DNA of 64,000 bases, taken from the NCBI GenBank assembly GCA_951406725.2, contig OX597815.1, positions 152,396,001 to 152,460,000 on the forward strand, read 5' to 3'. This document shows, in pieces, positions 22,147-37,294 of this stretch (its first letter is position 1; every line of letters starts with the position of its first letter). The notes beneath the pieces are model-generated. The model was given only the letters and a program-made list of their open reading frames with translations. It was not told where the DNA came from and did not search any database. This DNA is from Octopus vulgaris (lineage: Eukaryota). The translations under genes were made by a program, and so were the position numbers.

Positions 22147-25100
22147 TGATGAATGGACAGGATGAATGGATAGATGAATGGACAGGATGAATGGATAGAT
22201 GGATGGATGGAAGGATTCATGGATGGAGGGATGAATGGGTGGATGGATGGATGGACAGGATGAATGGATGGATAGATGGTTTGATGGATGGATGGATGGA
22301 TGGATGGATGGACAAATGGATGGATTGATGGATGGATGGATGGACGGATGGATGGATTGATGAATAGATGGATGGACTGGATGGACCAGATGGATGGGCG
22401 GATGGATGGATGGATGGACTGGATAGATGGATGGATAGATGGATGGACAGGATGGATGGATGGACCAGATAGATGGATGAATGGGTGGATGGATGGACAG
22501 GATTTATCGATGGATGGATGGATGGATGGATGGACGGATGGATTGATGGATATACTAGATAGATGGATACATGGATGTACAGGATGGAACGGATGTACCG
22601 GATGGATGGACAAGCTTGATGGATGGATAGATGGATGGATCGATGTGTAAAGGGAACTGGTTGCTTCTTTACACTTTTGGGATGCAACTTGGGTGTAACA
22701 CAATTGCCTTTATTTTTGTTTCTAGAAACTACCAGTCAGGAATGAAATGCAAGTTTAAAAATATATACAATTCTTTATTCTCTGTTTCAACAATGAAACA
22801 CGATGGTATACTGGTATCCACCTAGTTCAACACAGCAAGACTGAATTCTAACGTTTGTAAGCTTCTTACAACAATTCAGCAGCAATAGAACAGGTTAAAT
22901 CCTAAGCATCTGGGACAGGAGAATAGGCTGATCACACGTTTAAAAATACATCCTTTCTCTTCTATCGCCGAGTCTCAAGTCCCCGACGCTGTTACGGAAC
23001 GCTATAGAATTTTTTCTTCAGTCTCTAGCGAATGTGCATGAGGGAACTTCCTTATGCCTTTCCAGAAGGTTCCAGAAGGTTCCAACCCCGCACATGCACA
23101 CTGAAGATGGACGCTCTGCACACACACACTGAAGAATGACGTTGCGTGTGCGCACACTGGAACATGACGTCACTACAGATGTATGAATGGATAGGTGGAT
23201 GGAAGGACCAGATGGATGGAAGGGACGGATCGATGGATTGGATGGATGGACCCAATGGATGTACCAGATGGATGGATGTACCGGATGGATGGATTGATTG
23301 ATGGACCAGGTAAATGGATGGATGGATTGATGGACCAGATGGATGGGTGGATATATGAATGGATGAATTGGATGTATTAATGGATGGACTGGATGGATAT
23401 ATAGAGGGACTGGCTTGCTGGCTGGTTGGATGGAACAGATGGATGGGTCGAATGATGGATGGAAGGACTGGATGGATGGATAAGTGGATGGTAGGATGGA
23501 TGGATTGATGTATGGAACGGGTGGATGGAAAGATAGATGGATTTGATGGATGGATGGATGGACCAGATGGATAGAGGGATGGATTGATGGAAAGGATGGA
23601 TGGATTGTTCAATGGATGGACTGGAGGGATGGATGAATGGTTGGAGGGATGGATGGACTAGATGGATGGATGGACCAGATGGATTGGTGGATAGATGGAT
23701 CAGATGGATGGATTGACCGGATGGATGGAAGGACGGATAGATGGATGGATGGATAGTTGGATGGATTGATGGATGGATGGACTACATGGATGGATGGATG
23801 GACCAGATGGATGGATGGATTGACTGGATGGATGAGTGGACCAGATGGATGTGTGGATGGATTGGATGGATAGATGAATGGATGGATGCACCGGATGGAT
23901 GGATGGATGGATGGATGGATGGATGAATGGATGGATGGACCAGATGGATGGGATGTTGGATGGACTGGATAGATGGATGGGTGGATGGATGGATTAAAGG
24001 ACCGAAGTGATGGATGGACAGATGGATGGATGAGTGGATGGACTGAATGGATGGATGACCAGATGGATGGTTGGATGGATTGACTGGATGGATGGAATGG
24101 AATGGATGGATGGATGGATGGATACATGGATGGATGGATGGACCAGATGGATGGATAGATGGATTGACTGGATAGATTGATGGATGGATGGACTGGATGA
24201 ATGGATGGATGGACCAGACGGATGGGTGGACCAGATGGATGGGTAGACCAGATGGATGGGTGGACAGATAGATGGATGGATAGATGTATGAATGGATGGA
24301 TAGATGGATGGACTAGATGGATTAGTTGATGGATGGATGGAACATATGGATGGATGAAAGGATGGACCTGATGGATTGATGGACAGACGGATGGATCAGA
24401 TGGATGGATGGATTGATGGATGTACTAGATAGATGGATACATGGATGTACGGATGGAATGGATGCACCGGATGGATGGACTGGATGGATAGATGGATGTA
24501 TGAATGGATAGGTGGATGGAACGACCAGATGGATGGATGGATTGCAGGGATGGATTGACTGGATAGATGGATGGATTGGATGGATTGGTGGATGGACCGG
24601 ATGGATGTACCAGATGGATGGATGGAGACTGGATGGATGTATGGATGGATTGACTAGATGGGTGGATGGATTGAATGGATGGCCTCGATGGATGGATGGA
24701 CCAGATAAATGGATGGATGGATTGATGGACCAGATGGATGGGTGGATATATCAATGGATGGATACATGGAGGGACTGGCTTGCTGGCTGGTTGGATGGAA
24801 CAGATGGATGGGTAGAATGATGGATGGAAGGACTGGATGGATGGACTGGATGGCTAAGTGGATGTTAGGATGGATTGATGGATGGATTGATATATGGAAC
24901 AGATGGATGGGTGGATGGAAGGACAATGGGTGTATGGATGGATGATGGAAAGGATGGATGGATAGATTGTTGGATGGATGGACTGGAGGGATGGATGGAC
25001 TGGATGGATGGATGGGTGGATGGTCAAGAACAATGGGTGTATGGATGGATGGACTGCAGAGATTGATGGATGAATGGATGGACCAGATGGATGGGTGGAT

Positions 25101-28100
25101 GGATGGATGGATGCATGGATTGATGGATGGACCAAATTGGTGGTTGGATGCATGGATTGATGGACTGGATGGGTTGATGCATGGATGGATGGACTGGATG
25201 GATAGATGTATATATGGAGGACTGGGTGGATGTATGGTTTGATGAGATGGATGGTTGGATGGATGGAGGGATGTATGGATAGATTGATGGACGAGATGTT
25301 TGTATGGATGGATAGGTGGAGATGTTTGTATGGATGGACCAGATGGATGGATAGGTGTATGGACCAGATGGATGGACTGGATGGATGGATGGATGGATTG
25401 ACCAGATGGATGGATGGACTTGATAGATACATGGTCTGGATGGATGGGTCGAAGAATGGATTGATGGTCTGGATGGATAGGTAGATTGTTGGAGGGATGG
25501 ATGGATTTGACAGATGGATGTATGGATTGATGTATGGGCCAGATGGATGTGTTGATGGGTGGATGGATGGTCTGGAGGGATGGATGGATGGATGAAAGGA
25601 CCGCATGGATGACTGCATGGACAGATTGGATGAATGGATGGACAGGATGAATCGATTCATGAACTGGATGGATGGATGGATTGATGGATGAATGAATGGA
25701 CTGGGTGAATGGATGCATGGAGGGATGGAGGGACCAGATTAATGGATGGGTAGATGCATGAACTGGAGGAAAGGATGGATAAATGAATGTATGGATTGAT
25801 GGATCGATGGACCGGATGGAAGGTTTGGATGGATGTATGGACTGGATATATAGATGGATTGATAGACAGATGGTTAAATGGATGTACCAGATCGATGGGT
25901 GGATGGATGGATGGACCAGATGGATTGATGGATGGACTGGATGGATGGATTACAAGATGGAAGGATACATGGATGGACCGGATATATGGATGGATGGACT
26001 ACATGGATGGTTGAATGGATGACTGGGTGGATGGTCTAGATGGATAGGTGGACGGATGGATTGATGGACTTGATGGATGGATGGATGTATGGACTGGATA
26101 TATAGATGGATTGATAGATGGATGGACCAGATAGATGGTTGGATTGATGGATGGATGGACTGGATGGATGGATGAACCAGATGGATGGATGAACCAGATG
26201 GATGGATGAACCAGATGGAAGGATGGATGGGCTGGATGGATGGCTGGATGGCTGGACCAGATATATGGATGGATGGATGGATTACATGGATGGTTGAATG
26301 GATTGATGGATGACTGGGTGGATGGTCTAGATTGATATGTGGATGGATGGATTGATGGACTTGATGGATGGATGGACAGGATGGATGGGTGGACCAGATT
26401 GATGGGTGGATGGACTGCATGGATTGACTGCATGAATGGATGGATGGATAGATGGACCAGATGGATGTGCAGATGGATGGACCAGATAGATAGGTGGATG
26501 CATGAATGGATACTGGATGGATGGGTGGACCAGATTGATGAATAGATGGATGGAATGGATGGATGGAAGGATGGATGGACTGGATTGTTAGATGGATTGA
26601 TAGATGGATGGATATATGGACTGAAAGAATGGATAGATGGATTGTTGGATGGATGGATTGATGGATAGATGGATGAGTGGACGGAAGTATGGATGGATTC
26701 GATGTTTGGATGGAAGGATGGATGGATGAATAGGTGGGTGGATGAACAGGTAGATGGATGGATAGATGGATTTACCATATGGATGTGTGCATTGATGGAT
26801 GGACTGGATGTATGAATGTATGGATGGAGGGAGGGATGGACTGGATGCTTGGATGGATGGATGGATGGATGGATGGATGGGTGGTTGATTGACTTGATGG
26901 GTGGATGGACCAGATGGATGGCTGTATGGACCAGACGAATGGGTGGATGGATAGATGGACTTGATGGATGGATAGACCGGTTGGATGGATGGATGAACCT
27001 GATGGATTGATGGGTGGATGGACTGGATGAATGGGTGGATGGATGGATGAATGGATGGACAGATTGGATGAATGGATTGATAGGATGAATAGATTAATGA
27101 AGTGGATGGAGCAGATGGATATTTGGATGGATGGATGGACTGGATGTATAGATGGATGGATGAATTGACTGGATGGATGTATGAACTGGATGGAAGGATG
27201 GACTGGATGGATGGATGGACTAGATGGAATGATGGATCAACTGGATGGATAGATGGCGCAGATGGATGGACCGGATGGATGGTTAGATGGACAACATGGG
27301 TGGCTGAATCGATTGATGGATGACTAGGTGGATATACTAGATGGATAGGCAGATATCTGGATTGATGGTCTTGATGGATTGATGGACCAGATGGATAGAT
27401 GGATGAATGGATGGATGGATGGTTTGACCCCATGAATGGATGGATGGACCAGATAGATAGTTGGACGGATGGATGGACTCGATGGATGGGTGCACCAGAT
27501 TGATGGATGGAAGGAAGGATTGACTGGATGGATAGATTGATGGATGGATGGACTGGATGGATGGATGGACTGGATTGATGGATGTATGTATGGATGAATG
27601 TGTGGACTGGGTGGATGTATAGATGGATTTTTGGATGCATTGATGGATGGATAGATGGATGACTTGATTGAAGTATGGATGGATTCGATGTTTGGATGGA
27701 AGGATGGATGGATGAATAGGTGGATGGGTGGACGATATGGATGTGTGAATATGGATGGATGGACACGATGGATGGATGCATGCATAGATCGGCTGGATGT
27801 ATGGATGGATCTATGGATGTACCATATGGATAGGTGGATTGATGGATAGATGGATGACTGGATTGAAGTATGGATGGATTCGATGCTTGGATTGAAGGAT
27901 GGATGGATGAATATATGGATGGATGGACGAGACGGATAGATGGATGGATGGATGGATGCATGCATAGATCGGATGGATGTATGGATGGATGGATGGATAG
28001 ATGGATGTACCATATGGATAGGTGGATGGGATGGATGGATGGATGGATGTATGTGTGGGTTGATTGACTGGATGAATGAGTGGATGGACCAGACAGATGG

Positions 28101-31100
28101 TTGGATGTATGGTTGGATGTATGGATGGATAGATGGATGTAACATATGGATAGGTGGATCGATGGATGTATGTGTGGGTTGATTGACTGGATGAATGAAT
28201 GGATGGACCTGACAGATGGTTGGATGGATGGATGGATAGATAGATGGACTGCATGGATTGGATACATGGATGGATGGATGGATGGACCAGATAAATAGGT
28301 GGATGGATGGAGGTACTGGATGGATGGGTGGACCAGATTGATGGATGGATGGAACGGATGGATGGAAGGATGGATGGTTGGATTGATGGATAGATTGTTG
28401 GATGGATTGATGAATGGAGGTACTGGATGGATGGATGGATGGACTGGATTGATGGATGTATTGTCTAGATAGATGTATAGATGGATTGTTGGATGCGTGG
28501 ATGGATGAATTGATGGATAGATGGATAACTGGATTGAAGTATAGAGTGATTCGATGTATGGATGGAAGGATGGATGGATGAATAGGTGAATAAATGGACA
28601 AGATGAATGCGTTGATATACGGATGGATGGACTGGATGGATGGATGCATGCATAGATCGGCTGGATGGATAGATGGACCGGTTGGATGGATGGATGGATA
28701 GAATGATGTATGGATGGACTGCATAGATTGGATAGATGGATGGATGGATCGATTGACTGGATGGATAGACCAGATGGATGGATGGATGAATGGATGGATT
28801 GGATGGATGGACCAGATGGATATGCAGATAGATGGACCAGATAGATAGGTGGATGGATGGATGGGTGGTCCAGATTGATGGATGGATGGAATGGATGTGT
28901 GGATGGATGGATGCATGGATGGATGGATGCATGGACTGGGTTGATGGATCGATTGATGGATGGATGTATGACTGGATGGATTGTTGGATGCATTGGTGGA
29001 TAGATGGATGAGTTGATGGAAGTATGGATGGATTTGATGTATGGATGGAATGATGGAAGGATGGACGAGATGGATGGATATATCGATGACTGGACTGGAT
29101 GGATGGATGGATGCATAGAATGGCTGAATGGATGGCTGGATGTGTGGATTGATAGATGGATTTACAATATGGATGGGTGGATGGATGGATGGATGGATAG
29201 ATGGATGGGATAGATGGACTCGATGGAATGGATGGATGGACTACATGGAATGATGGATCGACTGGATTGATAGTTGGAGCAGATGGATGGATAGATGGAC
29301 TACATGGGTGACTGAATCGATAGATGGATGACTGGGTAGATGTACTAGATGTATAGGTGGATGGATGGATTGATGATGGTCTTGATGGATTGATGGACCA
29401 GATGGACGAATGGATGGTTTGACAGCATGAATGGATGGGTGGACCAGATGGTATGTGGACGGATGGATGGACTGGATGGATGGGTGCACCAGATTGATTG
29501 ATGGATGGAATGGATGGAAGGAACGATGGACTGAATGGATGGTTGGATGGATGGATAGATTGTTGGATGGATGGATGGACCAGATTGATGGATGGATGTG
29601 TGGACTGGGTGGATGTATAGATGGATTGATGCATGGATGGATGGATTGATGGATTACTGGATTGAAGTATGAATGGATTCGATGTATGGATGGATGAATA
29701 GGTGGATGGGTGGACAATATGGATGGGTGATTATGGATGGATTGACTGGATGGATGGATGCATGCATAGATCGGCTGGATGAATGGTTGGATGTTTGGAT
29801 GGATACATGGATGGATGGATTCGATGTTTGGATTGAAGGATGGATGAATGCATGGATTTTTTGATTGAAGTATGGATGGATTCGATGTTTGGATTGAAGG
29901 ATGGATGAATGCATGCATAGATTGGCTGGATGTATGGTTGGATGTATGGATGGATAGATGGATGTACAATATGAATAGGGTGGATGGATGTATGAACTGG
30001 ATGAATGGATTGATGGATGTATGGGTAAGTTGATTGACTGGATGAATGGATGGATGCGCCATACAGATGTTTGGATGGGTGGATTGATCGGTTGGATGGA
30101 TGGCTGGATGGATGGATAGATAGATGGACTGCATGGATTGGATAGATGGATGGATGGACTGGATGGATGGATGGACCAGATAGATAGGTGGATGGAGGGG
30201 ACTGGATGGATGGGTGGACCAGATTGATGGATGGATGGAACGGATGCATGGAAGGATGGATGGACTGTATTGATGGTTGGATGGATGGATTGATGGATGG
30301 AGGTACTGGATGGATGGATGTATGAACTGGATGGATGTATAGATGGATTGTTGGATGGATGGATTGATGGATAGATGGATAACTGGATTAAAGTATGGAG
30401 GGATTCGATGTATGGATGGAAGGATGGATGCATGAATAGGTGAATGGATGGACGAGATGAATGGCTTGATATATGGATGGATGGTTTGATGCATGCATAG
30501 ATCGGCTGGATGGATGGTTGGATGTATGGATGGATAGATGGATGTACCATATGGATAGGTGGATGGATGGATTGACCAGATAGATGGAGGGAGGGATGCA
30601 CTGGATATATGGATGGATGGATGGAGGGATAGATGGAAAGATGTATGGGTGGATTGATTGACTGGATGGGTGGATGAACCAGATAGATGGTTGGATGGAT
30701 GAATGGATGGATGGACCAGACAGATGGTTGGATGGATTGATAGAGGGACATGATGGATGGATTGACCGGTTGTATGGCTGGATGGATAGATGGATGTATA
30801 GATGGACTGCATGGATTGGATAGAAGGATGGATTGATTGGGTGGATGAATGGACCAGATGGTTGGATGGATGGATGGACTGGATGGATTGACTGGATTGA
30901 TGGATGGATGGACTGGATGGATTGATTGAACGGATTGATGAGTGGATGGAGGGATGAATTGACTGGATCGATCGATGGACTGGCTGGTTTGATGGATGGA
31001 TGGACAGGATTGAGGGATGGTCCGGATGGATGGCTGGATTTGTGGATGTTTGGATTGATGGACCAGATGGATGGGTGGATGGCTGGATGAATGGTTGGAT

Positions 31101-34100
31101 GGATGGACAAATGCATGGCTAGCTTGATGGATGGATGGAGCGAATGTATGGATTGGATGGATGGAATGATGGATATGTGGATGGATTGACTGGATTGATG
31201 TGTTGATTAAAGGATGGATCAACTGGATGGATCGATGGATTGACTGGATGGATGGATAAATGGACTGGACTGATGGATGTATGGATGGATGGACAGGATG
31301 GATTCATGGATAGATGGATGGATGGACTGATGGTCCAGATGAATGGGTGGATGGATGGATGGGTGAATGGAGGACAAGATGGCTGGGAGAATGTATGGAT
31401 TTATGAACTGGATGGATTGAATGCTGCATGGTGGGACTCGATGGATAATTGGAAGGATAGATTGATGGATGGATTGAATGGATGGACCAGATGGATGGAT
31501 GCATCGGATGAATGGAGGGAGGGAAGGATTGGATGGATGTATGGATGCTTGGTTTGGTGGTTGGATGGACTTGATGGATGGATGAATGGATGGATCGACC
31601 AGATGGATGTGTGGATAGATGGACCGGATTGATCGGATGGATGGATGGACTGATGGATGCATGGACTGGATGGCTGAGTGGATGGATGAATGGATAGATT
31701 GGATGGATGGATGGACCTACTGGATGGATGGATTGACTGGATTTATGGATGGATAGACCAGATGGATGGGTGGATGCATGGATTGATGGATGGACCAGAT
31801 GGATGGATGGATGAACGGACTGGATGAAGTGATGGACGGGATTGATGGATGGATAGACCAGGTGGATGGGTGGATGGATGGACCTGATGGATAGATGGAT
31901 GTATGGATTGACTGGATTGATGTATGGATGGACCAGATGGATGGGTTGATGCATAGATGGATATACTGGATTGATGGTTGAATAGACCAGATGGATGGGT
32001 GGATGGTGGACTGAATGGATGGATGGAACTGATGGTTGGATGTATGGACTGGATGGATGAATGGATTGATGGATGGACGGACTCGATTCATGGATTGGGG
32101 AATGAATGGATGGATGTACAAGTTGGACCAGATAGTTGGTTGGATGGATTGATGGACTGGATGGTCGAATGTATTGGATTGATGGACCAGTTGGTTGGAT
32201 GTATGGATGGATGGAGGGATGGATAGATAGATTGCTTGATGGATGGATGGAGGGATGGATAGACGAGATCGATGGATGGACCATATGGATGGGTGCATCG
32301 ATGGATGGATGGATGGACCAGATTGATGGGTGGATGATTGGAAGGATGGATGGATTGACTGGATGGGTGGAGGGATGCATGGATGGAGGTGATGGACTGG
32401 ATGTAGGGATGGATGTTTGGATGGACCGGATTGATGGATGGATGGATGTATGGACTGGATGGTTGGATAGACCATGTAATGCATGGATTGATGGATGGAT
32501 GGATGGGTGGATGGATGGAATGGAAGGTCGGATGTACTGCTTTGATGTGTAGACCAGATGCTTGGATGGATTGATGGATAGACTGGATGTAATGATGGAT
32601 GGACTTGATGGATGGCTGGATCAGTGGATTGGTGGATGGATGGACTCTGTGAACGGATGGATGGATTGCATGGAAGAAAGGATGGAGCGATGGATGGATT
32701 GATGGATGGATCGATAGATTGATTGAAATATGGACCTGATGGATGGATGGATGGATGGATGGATAAGATGGATTGCATGAATGAATGGATAGATGGACGG
32801 GATGGACGGGATTTATTGATGGATCGACACAAATGGATGTGTGGATGCATGGACGGATGGACTGGATGGATCGATGGATCGACGGGTGGACCACATGGAA
32901 TGGTGGATGCATGGATGGATGGATGAATTGATGGATGGATGGATGGATAGATGGACCAGATGGATAGATGGATGGAATGTTGGACCAGATGTATGGATGG
33001 ATTGATGAATGGGCTGGATGAAGCAGATGGGTGGATGGAGGGATTGATTGATGGATTGATGGATGGACCAGTTGGATGGATGGATGGATTGATGGATGAG
33101 AGGATACACTGGATGGATGGGTGGATGAATGGAAGAGATGTATGGACTGGATGAATGGATAGATGGATTGATGTATTGACTGGATGGATGGGTGGATGAA
33201 TGGAAGAGATGTATGGAATGTTGGATGGTTGGATAATAGACCAAATGAATGAATGGATGGATGTACCAGATTGATGGATGGATGGATGAATCGGATGGAT
33301 GGATGGATGCATCAGTGGATGGATGGACCAGATCGATGGTTGGGTGGATGGATGGATAGATGGATGGATGGACCAGATATATGGGTGGATGGATGGATGG
33401 ACTGCCTGGATTGATGGATGGATGGATGGATTGGATAGATGGATTGATGGGTGGATAGGTTGAATGAATGGATGGATGGACAGACTGGATGGACTGGATG
33501 GATGGATGGTTGGATGGATAGATGGATAAACTGGATGGTTGGATGGATTGATTGATGGACAAGATGGTTGGGTGGTTGAATGGATGGATGGACCGGATGG
33601 ACTTGGTGGATGGATTGATGTATGAATGGAAGGGTAGATGTATGGATAGACCGGATGCATGGATGGATGGTTGGATGGATTGACTGGATAAATGGATGGA
33701 CCAGATGGATAGATGGAAGGATTATTGTAGGGATGTAATGGTTGGATGGATAGATGGATGAATTGGATGGGTGGATTGACTGGACGGATTAATGGATGGA
33801 TCGATGGATGGACTGGATGAATGGATCGATGGATGGTTAGACTGGATGAATAGATGGATGGACTGGATAGATTGTGGGATTGATGGATTAATGAATGGAC
33901 AGATGTATGCATGGATGGATGGTTTGATGGATGGATGGACCAGATGGATGGGTGGATGTATGGATGGATGAACTGGATGGATTGATGGATGCATGGATGG
34001 TCTCGATGGATGGTTGGATGGATAGATGGTTGGGTGGACTAGATGGATGGATGGTTCGGATGGATGTAGAGAGGGATGGATAGATGGATACATGAATGGG

Positions 34101-37100
34101 TGGGTTGACAGACTCGATTGATTGATGGATGGGTGGATGGATGGATGGATGGATGGATGGACTGAATTGATGGATGGATTGACCAGATGGACTGGATGTA
34201 GGTATAGGTAGATTGATGGCAGGATGGATGTATGATGTATGAATGTATAGTCTTGATGGATGCATGGACCAGATGGATGGATGCATGGATAGATGGATGG
34301 ACTGAAGTGATGGATGGATGGATGCATGGATTGATGGGTGGATGGATGGACGGGATGGTCGGATGTACTGCTTGGATGTGTGGACCAGATGCTTGGATGG
34401 ATGGATGGATTGGATGGATGGACTGGATGGATGGATGGATGAACTAGATGGATGGATGGACCAGCAGATTGGTGGATGGATGGATGGATGGATGGATGTA
34501 TGGACGTCATGGATGGATAGAGTAGATCAATGCGTGGATGGACTGGATGGATTGATGGATGGCTTGCTGGTTGGATGGATGGATCAGTGGATACATGGAT
34601 GAATGGTCTGGATGTTTGGATGGAAGGATGGATGCACTGGATGGATGGATGGATAGATGGATGTTTTTTGTGGATGGATGGACCAGATGCATGGATGGAT
34701 GGATGGACTGGATGGATGGAGTGATGTATGAATGGATGGGTTGACTGGATTGATGGATGGACCAAATGAATGGACCGGGTGGATGAATGAACTGGATGGA
34801 TTGACTGGATGGATGGGTTGATGGATGGAACAGATGTATGTATGGATGGATAGATGGATGGTTGCATAATGGACCAGATGGATGGCTCGATTGATGGATG
34901 GACCAAATGGATGGATGGACTGGATGGATGGATTGATGGATTGACTGGATGGATGGGTTGATGAATGGAACAAATGTATGGATGGTTGGATAATGGACTG
35001 GATGAATGAATGAATGGATGGCTCGATGGATGGTTGAACCAAACGGATGGACCGGTTAGATGGATGGACTTGTTGGATGGGTGGATGGATGGAACATATG
35101 TATGGATAGAGGGATGGATTGTTGGATACTGGACCGAATGAATGAATGGCTGGATGGATGGATGGATCAGATTGATGGATGGACCGATTTGATGGATAGA
35201 TTGAGCAGATCAATGGACCAGATGGATGGATGGATGGATGAACTGCATGGATGAGTGGATGGGTATATAGATGGATTGACTGGATGGACAAATGTATGGA
35301 TGGATGGATGCATGGATGGATAAATCGCTGGATGGTCCAGTTGGATATATGGATGGATGGATAGATGAGTGGACTGATGGATGAAGGGACTGGATGGTTT
35401 TATGGAAGGATGGTTTCACTGGATGGATGGTTTCACTGGATGGATGGATAGATGTATGGGTGGATGGATGGACCAGATTGATTGATGGATGGATGGATAG
35501 ACTGGATGCATGGATGGATGGATGGATTGACTGGATAAATGGATGGACCAGATGGATGGATCAGATGGATGGTTGAATTGATAGATGGATGGACTGGATG
35601 GGTGGATTGACGAGATGGATGGATGGACTGGATGGATTAATTGATTGACTGGATGGATGGGTGGATGGAGAGAACAGATGTAAGGATGGATGAATGGTTG
35701 GATAATGGACCAGATGAATGAATGGATGAATGGACAGACCAAATTGATGGATGGATGGACCAGATGGATGGATGGATGGTTGGATGAATGGATCAATCGA
35801 TGGACCAGATGGATGTATTGATGGATAGATGGATGGATGGTTGGACCAGATATATAGGTGGATGGAGGGATGGATGAACTACCTGAATTGATAGATGGAT
35901 GGACCAGATGGATTGGTGGATGGATGGATGGATGAACTGGATGGACTGGAATGATGGATGGATGGATGGATGGATTGGATGGATCGGATGGTGGTGGATG
36001 GGTGGACTGAATGGATGGATGGACCAGACGGCTGGATGGATGGATAGTTGGAAGGGTGGATTGGTGGATCGGTTGGTGGATGGATTGCCTGGATGGACAA
36101 ATGTATGGATGGATGGATGCATGGATGGATGGATCAGTTGGATGTATGAATGGATGGATGGATGGATGAAGGGACTGGATGGTTGTATGGAAGGATGGAT
36201 GCACTGGATGGATGGAGGGAATGATGGATGGATAGATGGATAGACCAAATTGATGGATGGATTGATGGATGGATGAATGGACTGGATGGTTAGATGGATT
36301 GATGGATGGACCAAATGTTTGGGTGGATGAATGGATGGATGGCCCGGATGGACCAGGTGGATGGATGGATTGATGGATGAATGGAAGGGTAGATGTATGG
36401 ATAGACCAGTTGCATGGATGGATAAATGGATGACCAGATGGATTGATGGATGGATGGAAGGATGGGTGTATGGATGTACACGTTGGAAGGGTGGATGGAT
36501 GAACGGACCAGATGGATGGTTGGATGGATGGGTGGGTGGATGGATGGACGGATTGGCAGGATGAATGGAAGGATGAATGTATGGATGGGTGATGGTCTCG
36601 ATTGATTGATGGATTGAAGTTTGGACCAGATGGTTAGGAGGATTAATGGATGGATTGACTGGATGGATTGATTGATGGATGTATGGATGGATAGATGGAT
36701 GGACGGACCAGATGGATGGATGGATTGATAGATGGATGGACTGGATGGATGGATGGAATGGATTGATGGTAGCATGGATGTATGGTTGGAAGAATAGATG
36801 TATGGATGTACCGGATGGATTGGTGGATGTATTGTTGGATTAACTCTATCGATGGATGGACTGGATGGATGGGTGGAATGGATGGATGGATGGACCAGAT
36901 GGATGGGTTGATGGATGGATGGACCAGATAGATGTATTGATGAACGGATGGATAGACTGGATGGATGAATAGACCGGAGTGATGGACTGAATGGATGGAT
37001 GGATGAACCAGAGGCATGAGTGGATGTATTGATGGATGGGCTTGATGGATTGATGGATGGATTTATGGATGGATGAATGGATGAGTGGATGGATAGATGG

Positions 37101-37108
37101 ATGGATGT
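22147..37108. repeat. ~15 kb degenerate (GGAT)n/(ATCC)n simple satellite inside the intron before the TM5-7 exon
   Basis: Continuous GGAT variants (ggac, agat, tgat, gaat, ggaccagat), interrupted only by 22646-23177. Confidence 0.98.
22646..23177 (-). mobile_element. Solo LTR (532 bp) with 4-bp TSD GATG
   Basis: The termini are TGTA...TACA. GATG occurs at 22642-22645 and 23178-23181. AATAAA occurs on the minus strand (tttatt ~22710, ~22774), so the strand is inferred from that. Confidence 0.8.
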
Positions 37109-37294
37109 GTGAGTGACGGTTTTGGGCTGAAATGATTGATGGATGTCTTAGATGACAATGTACAACCAGTAATGAAATGTCTTCTTTCATTTTGGATCAA
37201 AATCACTTTCCCATAATGCCTCATTGATTTATCAGTTTATTAAGTGAATATTTGATTAGTTTCCTTTCTTAATTGATTTTCTATTTCTTTGTAG

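Noticed and set aside
22065-37190. Dozens of long ORFs (up to 842 aa) rich in SIHP or MDGW
   Set aside because: They are translations of the (ATCC)n/(GGAT)n satellite. The C-rich strand rarely forms stops, and overlapping frames give the same low-complexity peptide.
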